Assembly: GCA_050633245.1 (NCBI GenBank)
Contig: JBOEGD010000004.1
Location: 159,095 to 223,094 of the forward strand
Direction of reading: 5' to 3'
DNA: 64,000 bases
DNA from: Calditrichia bacterium
GTDB lineage: Bacteria > Calditrichota > Calditrichia > RBG-13-44-9 > J075
Part shown: positions 42,007 through 50,400 of the stretch, one piece after another
Layout: each line of letters begins with the position of its first letter
Position numbering within the stretch: the stretch's first letter is position 1
Made by a program: the position numbers and the translations under genes
The notes under the pieces: generated by a model
Databases searched by the model: none
Told to the model about the DNA's origin: nothing
Seen by the model: only the letters and a program-made list of their open reading frames with translations

Positions 42007-42292
42007 ATTGCTGCCTTTTGAGTTTCTGAAAGTCGCGTCAAATATCTCAACATTCGGTATATAAATCAAGAAATATTCCAGTTAGTAAGCCTCCTCAGGA
42101 TCTACTTCCTGTAATATTAGACCGAGTAGACCCTATACATGTCACTGTCAAACGGAATGCCAAATTCTCTGCGTGGCTTTAAGAGGAATAAAAACAGTGG
42201 TTTGGGTTTGGTTTGTTTGATTGCGGAAAGATAGGGGCAAGGTGTTGGATATTAGACGATTGTCTAAAATAGTATACGTTAGAGTACCGGTC

Positions 42293-42892
42293 TCAGATTT
42301 CGCTGCGTGTTTGCAGGGCTTTTCCTAGCGTTAATTCATCCACATACTCAAGCGAACTGCCCAATGGAATGCCGCGCGCCAGTCTTGTAACCTGGATAGA
42401 TTGTGGTTTTAGCAAGCGTGCAAGATAGATGGAGGTGGCTTCGCCTTCAGTGCTGGGGTTAAGCGCAATAATTATTTCTTCGATCTCTTCACTCTCCAGA
42501 CGCCTCAGCAATTCTTTAACGCGCAGATCTTCCGGGCCAACACCTTCCAACGGGGAAATTACGCCACCAAGTACATGATAAAGACCGCGAAACTCGTTGG
42601 TCTTTTCGATCATCAATATATTCTGCGGATCTTCTACAACACATACCAGTCTGCCATCTCGATTGGTGTCTTTGCAAATTGAGCAAAGCTCTGATTCAGA
42701 GAAATTGAAGCAGCGACTACAGGTGCGAATTTCCTTGCGCACGCGCTGAATGGCATCGGAAAGGTTTTCACTCTCGCCGGGTTCACTGTTCATAATGTGA
42801 AAAGCCAGCCGGGTTGCCGTTTTACGGCCAATTCCCGGCAGACGCGATAACGAATCAATTAGCTGTTGTAGAGCCTGTGGAAGTGATTTCAT
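42293..42892 (-). CDS. recR: Recombination mediator RecR
   Basis: LPGIGRKTATRLAF, C4 zinc finger, YHVLGG.ISPL.G, Toprim EGEAT. Confidence 0.97.
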   Translation of the reverse strand: MKSLPQALQQLIDSLSRLPGIGRKTATRLAFHIMNSEPGESENLSDAIQRVRKEIRTCSRCFNFSESELCSICKDTNRDGRLVCVVEDPQNILMIEKTNEFRGLYHVLGGVISPLEGVGPEDLRVKELLRRLESEEIEEIIIALNPSTEGEATSIYLARLLKPQSIQVTRLARGIPLGSSLEYVDELTLGKALQTRSEI

Positions 42893-42894
42893 AA

Positions 42895-43227
42895 TTAGAA
42901 TCCGGGCAGTTTAAAACCACCGGGCATATTGCCCATCGGCCCCATGCTTTTCTGCATTTCTTCCTGTGAGCGTTTTGAAGCATTTTCCATTGCTTGATTA
43001 ACCGCTGCAACAATCAAGTCTTCCAGCATTTCCTTGTCTTCCGGATCGACAACTTCCTGCTCAATCTCGATACTAACTATTTGGTTCTGGCAATTGGCAG
43101 TAACTTTAACCATACCACCACCAGCAGTGCCTTCTACCGTAATTTCTGCAAGACGCTCCTGAGCTTTGGCCATGTCTTCCTGCATTTTTTGCGCTTGCTT
43201 CATTAGTTGATTTAAATTCGGCTTCAT
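42895..43227 (-). CDS. ybaB: YbaB/EbfC nucleoid-associated protein
   Basis: MKQAQKMQ, GTAGGGMVKV, EMLEDLIVAAVN; lies between dnaX and recR. Confidence 0.95.
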   Translation of the reverse strand: MKPNLNQLMKQAQKMQEDMAKAQERLAEITVEGTAGGGMVKVTANCQNQIVSIEIEQEVVDPEDKEMLEDLIVAAVNQAMENASKRSQEEMQKSMGPMGNMPGGFKLPGF

Positions 43228-43250
43228 ACCTGTCTCCTTATCTAGGATGT

Positions 43251-45281
43251 TTATTCTATATCTTCACAATCAAATGTATCGATTATCTTCTTCAGTACTT
43301 CATCTTTATCTTTAATGCTCTGTAATATCTCCTGTGGAGATTTAATCTCTTTTACAAGACCAGCTTCCGCAAAGCTTTGTTTCACACAAAGTAATTTTAG
43401 GGATGAACCAAACAAAGTGTTTAGTGCTCTTTCGACAGCATCGGCATTCTTTTGCACATGCTCGAGGTGAAATTCTGTTTTGGGATCGAATGCGACCTGC
43501 AGCTGATTATTTTCGATCTTAAACGGCACACCATCCTGCAAAAAGGAGCCAAGGGCTATCTTTTCTTTTCGGACTTCATCCACAATATCTATCCAGCGGG
43601 CTTTTATGGTATCAAAGGATGTATCATCGCTGTTTTTACTTACCGGTGGTTGTGGCAGTGGTGCTGACTTCGGCTGTGGCGGTATTACAGTCTGTGTTGC
43701 TGCCGATTCTGTGGCAGAGTCGCCGTTAGGCGCACTCGGCTTAAAGGCTAATGGTTCGACTTTCGGTTGCGTATTCTCTTCTTGCTGAATAACCGGTGCA
43801 CTTATTTTTGGCACGGGTGGAAGAAAGACCTCTTCCGAAACCAGTGTTTGTCGCACCGCTTTATTCGCCGCAGGGGGAGATGGTTCTGCAGGCTGTGGAG
43901 GCGTTACTTTAGCTGTCAGTGACTGCGGATATGTCGTTTCTGTCGGTCCATCAGTCGCGGGAGAACCGTTAATTTGAGGGGCAGTTGGCAAGGTCTTTTC
44001 TGAGGGAGCAGACTGGACATTAATGTCGGGAGCGAGCGGAAGTTTCCTGTTTTCCACTTGCTCTTCCGGAACGACAGAGGAGGATGATTGAATTGGCTCA
44101 GGGACGTCGGTTTTTTGAACTATTGGTGCCGCAGCGGGGCTTATTTCAGTTTTTTTTTGTGCCGACGCCGTGTCCGGGGCGTTTTTAAGCAACTTCATTA
44201 GTTCTTCCAGATCCGGAACCTTAGGCTTATGCGCAATCTTCAATAACAGTAGTTCAATCACCAATCTTGGATTCTCGCTAAACTTTAGCATCGATTCGCT
44301 GGTTGTCAGCAGATCCAGATACTGTAGCAAGTCGCCCTCGTCAAAACTCTTGGCATCTGCCAGATATTGATCTTTGTAGTGATCAGATATTTCCAGAAGA
44401 GTCGCATTTCCCGTAGCAGTAACAACCAGCAGATTTCGAAAATGTTCTTCCAAACCCTGTAGAAAATTTAACAGGTCGTGTCCGGTCTCGAACAGATCCT
44501 GTGCGAAATGGATTACGGCGCCACCGTCTTTTTGTTGTATCAGGCGCGTAAAGCGAAAGTAAAGCTCTTCGTTGATAACGCCCAGCGATTGCTGAACGTT
44601 TTGTATTGTCACCTTGCCATCGCTGAATGAGGCCAGCTGATCCATAATGCTGGTCGCATCGCGCATACCGCCATCAGACTTTCTGGCAATTAGCATCAGA
44701 CTGTCCTGGTCAATCTCAATCTTTTCTTCTGAGGCTATTTTACTGAGCTGTTCAGCAATTAATCGAGTTGGAATGCGTTTAAAATCAAACCGTTGACAGC
44801 GAGAGAGAATGGTAAGCGGTACTTTGTGTATTTCGGTTGTGGCAAAGATGAAGATCGCATGCGATGGTGGCTCTTCAAGCGTCTTTAGGAGCGCATTAAA
44901 GGCCTCTTTACTAAGCATGTGAACTTCGTCGATGATGTAAATCTTATGGGAAGAAGAAACAGGTGCAAAGCGAATATTCTCTCGCAGGTTGCGGATCTCG
45001 TCGATTCCGCGATTACTGGCACCATCGATCTCGATAATATCCAGGGTAGATGATGTGTCTTCGGGAGTGATACCGTTTACTGCTTTGGCAAGTAACCTTG
45101 CTGTAGATGTTTTCCCAACACCGCGTGGGCCGGCAAAAATAAAGGCATGGCCAAGGCGATTTTGCTCAAGCGCATTTACTAAGGTACGCGTTACGTGCTC
45201 TTGTCCGATTACCTCTTCGAACGTCTTTGGGCGCCATTTTCGGGCCCAAACGATATAGTTCTTTGCTCCGGAGTCGCTCAT
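43251..45281 (-). CDS. dnaX: DNA polymerase III subunits gamma/tau
   Basis: ARKWRP, GPRGVGKTS, IIDEVHMLS, SRCQRFDF, Pro-rich linker, C-terminal domain. Probable start at ATG 45281. Confidence 0.96.
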   Translation of the reverse strand: MSDSGAKNYIVWARKWRPKTFEEVIGQEHVTRTLVNALEQNRLGHAFIFAGPRGVGKTSTARLLAKAVNGITPEDTSSTLDIIEIDGASNRGIDEIRNLRENIRFAPVSSSHKIYIIDEVHMLSKEAFNALLKTLEEPPSHAIFIFATTEIHKVPLTILSRCQRFDFKRIPTRLIAEQLSKIASEEKIEIDQDSLMLIARKSDGGMRDATSIMDQLASFSDGKVTIQNVQQSLGVINEELYFRFTRLIQQKDGGAVIHFAQDLFETGHDLLNFLQGLEEHFRNLLVVTATGNATLLEISDHYKDQYLADAKSFDEGDLLQYLDLLTTSESMLKFSENPRLVIELLLLKIAHKPKVPDLEELMKLLKNAPDTASAQKKTEISPAAAPIVQKTDVPEPIQSSSSVVPEEQVENRKLPLAPDINVQSAPSEKTLPTAPQINGSPATDGPTETTYPQSLTAKVTPPQPAEPSPPAANKAVRQTLVSEEVFLPPVPKISAPVIQQEENTQPKVEPLAFKPSAPNGDSATESAATQTVIPPQPKSAPLPQPPVSKNSDDTSFDTIKARWIDIVDEVRKEKIALGSFLQDGVPFKIENNQLQVAFDPKTEFHLEHVQKNADAVERALNTLFGSSLKLLCVKQSFAEAGLVKEIKSPQEILQSIKDKDEVLKKIIDTFDCEDIE

Positions 45282-45357
45282 GTTTTCCTGCTTTTTATAA
45301 CCAGAACAGAATAGCACAAAATTTGGTGATTGTCAATTGAGAATAGACAAAAAAAAT

Positions 45358-45456
45358 ATGCCAGGCGACCCCACGGCACATAGTTCATATACCTACCGTT
45401 GCTTCCTTCCGGACCTGGCGGAGTTCGGTACTGCTCTATTGCGTGGGACCTGGCAT
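45358..45456 (-). ncRNA. ffs: Signal recognition particle RNA (small type)
   Basis: Contains CCGCCAGGTCCGGAAGGAAGCAACGG (helix 8 with GGAA tetraloop); ends pair as ATGCCAGG/CCTGGCAT; followed by a T-run; upstream of dnaX. Confidence 0.95.
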
Positions 45457-45460
45457 TTTT

Positions 45461-45520
45461 TGGTAGAGTCGCAGGGAATCGAACCCCATTAGTGTTTTAA
45501 CACCATCGCCCGATCGCTCT
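45461..45520 (-). ncRNA. 60-nt tRNA-like element (T-arm, acceptor stem, CCA; no canonical D or anticodon arm)
   Basis: AGAGCG ATCGGGCGA TGGTGT-TAAA-ACACTA A TGGGG-TTCGATT-CCCTG CGACTCT A CCA. Confidence 0.65.
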
Positions 45521-45536
45521 TTACAAATGGACGCAT

Positions 45537-45565
45537 AATATAGAATGGCCTTGAGGAAAAAGCAA
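45537..45565 (-). promoter_or_regulatory. Putative sigma-70 promoter for the tRNA-like RNA and ffs
   Basis: TTGCTT-17 nt-TATATT on the minus strand; -10 box ends 16 nt before the tRNA-like element. Confidence 0.65.
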
Positions 45566-45830
45566 CTGTAAAAAGATTGTCGTCTGTTAGACGTTGTTTG
45601 AGTGAAAAGAATCACAAGTATCTTGTCTTACGTGCGTTCAATCACACATACTTGAGTAGATGAGAAGTATCATTACATACCTCGATTGAAGCAGTTCAAA
45701 TACCTTCCTCACGGATGGGTGTCATACTCTGGGAATACCGGCTTATAGACGTACTGGAATAGGCACTGGATAATTGAAACCTTATTACTGATAAACCCCA
45801 GCTTTTTTTGGAAATTGATTTCCGGAGTTA

Positions 45831-47108
45831 TTGCGCATGAAAATTTATTTGCTGATAGCGGCAGTTGTGTTGTCAATAGGCATGCCTCTTCACAGCCAGT
45901 CAATAACGGAAAAAAGAAGCAGTACTATTTCTGCCCAAGCGGGTTGGCAAGAGTTCGAACCGCTAAGCATTGATGGTTATTTTAATATTGTGAATCGTGG
46001 CATAACGCGTCTGTACTGCGAGCTAAACGACCGTCGTTTTACGCTCACCACATTTCCAGAGGAAGTGCGGCGTGGCGATTTTATTTACTTGATCCCGGTA
46101 CGAGATACGGTGATGATCGATATTTTTGCCTATCTAAATCCCGGATTTTTTGAGATAACAAAATTGCGGATTCTTCCGCAGGGGCCTTCTGGGGCGGCAG
46201 CAGATTTGATTATTGCAGATGCCTCCGGTCGTCTTAAGGAAAACGTCGATTTTGCTCTTCAGCTGGACTTACAGAATGAAGGTGATGCAAATGGTGATGG
46301 CGCAACGCATGAAGGTGACGATCAATTTGTCGAATTGGTTAATACCGGTGACGTTCCTATCGATCTGAACGGCTGGAGAATAGATATCGACTCTGATGTC
46401 TGGCATGATTTTACTTCAGAGCGCATTGTTGAACCGGGAGAAGCTCTTGTTGTTTTTGGTGGTGGAAATCCACAGGGAATTCAAAGTGAATTTGAACTGG
46501 CCAGTAAGCCGGGCGGATTTGGACTATACTATGGTATTGGAAGTAAAACAGATGTTGTTCGTTTGATCAATGACCTGGATGTTGAGATAGACACCGCGTC
46601 TTATGACTTTACCGGGGACGTTGGTCAATCCTTAACACGGCTGCCGGAAGGCGAAGGGGCCTTTGTCTTCCATATCGACGCTGTGGGGAGTGGTAGACAG
46701 CTTTTTTCGCCGGGAACGAACGTGGCGGGTAATACCCAGTTCTCAACCTCTTCAATGGGTGGAATACGCATTAATGAGATTCACGCAGATCCAGCTGCAG
46801 ATGAACGACAGTTTCCGGAAGAAATAGATTTATTGCAAAACGCGCCAAATCCATTTAACGGTGCTACGCGCATACGATTTACCGTTCCGGAAAACCGATT
46901 GTTTGGAATTCCGGTAAAACTGCGTATTTACAATTTACTTGGCCAACGAGTTAAAACAATTGTAGATGGAACACTTTTTCCGGGAGATTTTCAGCTGACC
47001 TGGAATGCCGATGACGATGCCGGTAGACAAGTAGCTAGTGGGGTTTATATGTTGCAGTTGGAGATAGATGGTATTCAAAAGACGCGGCGAATCGTGTTAG
47101 CACGATAA
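45831..47108 (+). CDS. Secreted protein with lamin-tail-like domain and T9SS-type CTD
   Basis: Signal peptide; GDANGDG..DQFVELVN..DLNGW..ALVVFGGG..SPGT; QNAPNPFN...ASGVY. Confidence 0.82.
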   Translation: MRMKIYLLIAAVVLSIGMPLHSQSITEKRSSTISAQAGWQEFEPLSIDGYFNIVNRGITRLYCELNDRRFTLTTFPEEVRRGDFIYLIPVRDTVMIDIFAYLNPGFFEITKLRILPQGPSGAAADLIIADASGRLKENVDFALQLDLQNEGDANGDGATHEGDDQFVELVNTGDVPIDLNGWRIDIDSDVWHDFTSERIVEPGEALVVFGGGNPQGIQSEFELASKPGGFGLYYGIGSKTDVVRLINDLDVEIDTASYDFTGDVGQSLTRLPEGEGAFVFHIDAVGSGRQLFSPGTNVAGNTQFSTSSMGGIRINEIHADPAADERQFPEEIDLLQNAPNPFNGATRIRFTVPENRLFGIPVKLRIYNLLGQRVKTIVDGTLFPGDFQLTWNADDDAGRQVASGVYMLQLEIDGIQKTRRIVLAR

Positions 47109-47457
47109 ATGGCGTCATAGGGTTGTGAAATTAAATTTCTTGATTTTGTCAGCATAAGAGTTTACCCTTTTAAGGTGAAAGAATAGCTTTTGGTGCCACG
47201 TTTTTGGACCGATACCAATTCCTTCGGCCTTCCCCGTTGCTGACATAATTGTTTAAACAAGAAGTGAAAGCCAGTATGTCGGCAGATAGTTCTTTGTAGA
47301 TTAGCTCCTCTTTTGGGATGACAAATATAACTTTGTTAGTGTGGAATATTTAAGGTTCCTTCAGGTTTTTTTGAAGCCGTGGGAAACCTATATCTTTATT
47401 TATATGCGTATTGATCAGAAAAATTTGATGCGATTTGTTAACATTTAAGGAGAAAGT

Positions 47458-50400
47458 ATGGCAAACCAATACCGTTCAGCTCCGCGTATTTTGCGGCTTG
47501 CCATGTGCGCTCTCATTCTAAGCGGATGGGGATTTGCACAGAACAAAATTGAAAACAAAACACCCGTGAGCATTGAGCACTTCCTGCAGCACAACGGGCA
47601 GGGTGATATTACCTTGCAAAAGCTTGAGCGCGGAACGCCGGACAGCCGCTTTACCGTGCCTTTTGTTCGCGGCAATGTCTTTGCTGCTGTTGCAAATGGC
47701 TCGGTTCAGCACTATGATAATAATGGGAATCTGCTGGAAACGTTAGATTCCGGTCTTGGTGGTTTTACCACAGGCATGGCCTCTGATGCTGATGGTAATC
47801 TCTACATGACCAATTTTACGGGTGGATTTATTTCCCGCTTTACCGGCCCGGCAGATCCCCATACTCACTCGGTGTTCGCGACTGCTGATTTGGCATCTTC
47901 CGTTGAATCGATTCTTTTCGATCAAAATGGTGACACTTACGTGGGACAGGCTGCCGGAACGTCTGATATTATCAAATACAACGATGCCGGAACTGAAATC
48001 GCACGTTACGATGTCAGTGTCGGCCCGCGTGGTTCGGACTGGATTGATTTATCTGCGGATCAGACAACCATGTTCTACACGTCTGAGGGTTCAGATATTT
48101 TGCGCTATGACGTCGTGAATAATGTCCAGCTTACGCCCTTCGTTTCCTCACTTCCCGGAACGGCTGCTTATGCACTTCGCCTGTTACCCGGAGGCGGCAT
48201 ACTCGTTGCGGACTCCGAGCGAATTCATCGTTTGGACAGCAACGGAACGATTGCGCAGTCTTATGATGCAACCGGACAGGATAATTGGTTCGCTCTAAAC
48301 CTCGATCCCGACGGCACATCTTTCTGGAGTGGAGACTTTAATACATCGAACTTTTATCGATTCGATATCGCAAGCGGTGATATTCTTGCCGGCCCGATTA
48401 ATACCGGTACCGGCACATTTACGTTATTCGGTCTATCTGTTTTTGGCGAGATTACCGTAAGCACAAATAATCCGCCTGTTTGTGAGATTACCCCTGCCGG
48501 TCCATTTACCGTGCAGGAAGGCGATTTACTCACATTTGACATTACGGCCTTCGATCCCAACATTAATGATCCTATTACCATTGAAGTTGTTAATTTGCCT
48601 GCAAATGCTACGATGACTCCTAGCCTGCCGCTTACCGGCCCCTCTGGTGTGTCTTCAACATTCGAGTGGATACCGCAATATGGTCAGAGTGGTTCATTCG
48701 AAGTCTCTTTTACTGTCACGGATTCTTCCGGTGCAGCAGATACTTGTGATGTCTCTATCTTTGTTGAAGAACTGGAACGCTCTCCGCACTGTAGCATCGA
48801 CCCGATGGGTCCGTATGTTGTAGATGAAGGGCAACTTGTTGAATTTACCGTTACCGCGTTGGATTCAAACTTAAACGACCAGGTTACACTGAGCGTTTTT
48901 AATTCCTTACCATCTGGTGCGGGAATGACGCCAACGTTGCCAATTACCGGTGCACCCGGCATTTCTTCAGATTTTAGCTGGACTCCGGCTAGCGGACAGG
49001 CCGGCACTTATCGAGTAACCTTTTCGGTAGAAGACAATTCCGCTGGTGGAGGCGGTGGATTTCGCGCAGCCGCCGGATCGTTCGACTCCTGTTCGGTGAC
49101 AATTATTGTCAACGAGCCAAACGTCGATCCGTCCTGCGATATTAGTCCACCCGGACCATTCGTGCTAACAACAGGTGAGACCGTTGGCTTTACCGTAACG
49201 GCAACTGACCCGAATACGGGTGAAACAGTAACGATTGACTCTGGGAACCTGCCTACTGGTTCCACTATGAACCCGGCACTTCCAGCAAGTGGCTCCAGCG
49301 GCACGTCTTCAGATTTCAGTTGGACACCCGCCGTTGGTCAGGAAGGAAGTTACACCGTTAGTTATACTATTAGCGATGCTGCCGGTGCCACATCTACCTG
49401 TGATGTTTCCATCACAGTTCTGGAAGCCAATATCGACCCGACCTGTGGTATTTCCCCATCCGGTCCGTTTACTGTTACCGTTGGCAATGCACTTAGCTTT
49501 ACCGTAACCGGCACCGACGCCAATAGCAGTGACTTAATAACGATTATCAGCAGCACCTTGCCTACCGGCTCTGCGATGAACCCGGCTCTGCCATTGACCG
49601 GCCCAAGTGGGATATCCTCTGATTTTAACTGGGCACCAGTTGAAGGTCAGGAAGGCAACTACTCCATAACCTATACAATCACTGATACCAGCGGAGCGAG
49701 CTGTAGCAGCATCGTTGATATCCTGGTTGAAGCGGCACCACCGGTAAATGAGCCACCAGTATGTGTCTTTAGTTCCACCGGCCCATTTACTGTTACCGTT
49801 GGCAATGCCTTAAACTTCACTGTTGCCGGAACAGACGTCAATAACGGTGATTTGATTACAATAACCAGTAGCACACTGCCTACCGGCTCTGCGATGAACC
49901 CGGCTCTGCCTTTGACCGGCCCCAGTGGAATATCCTCAGATTTTAGTTGGACGCCTACAACAGGTCAGGAAGGTAACTATTCCATAACCTATACGATCAC
50001 GGATACCAGTGGCGCAAGTTGTGGTAATACCGTGGAAATATTAGTTGAAGCAGCGCCTCCGATCAACGTACCGCCGGTTTGTAATCTCGATCCGTCCGGT
50101 CCGTTTACGATAACCGTTGGCAACGCGCTGAACTTTACCGTCACGGGCACCGATGCCAATGCCGGCGACCTTATAACGATTAACAGTAGCACCTTGCCGA
50201 GCGGTTCGACAATGGATCCTGCACTTCCGGTGACTGGCCCAAGTGGTATCTCTTCGATATTTGATTGGATACCAACTGCTGGTCAGGAAGGTACTTATAC
50301 GATAACCTACACAACGACTGATAGCAGCGGAGCAAGCTGCAGCACCGTGGTTGATATCTTGGTTGAAGCAGCGCCTCCGATTAACGTGCCGCCGGTCTGT

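Noticed and set aside
45461-45520. Standard tRNA or selC call
   Set aside because: No 7-nt anticodon loop or D stem and only 60 nt long; reported as tRNA-like instead.
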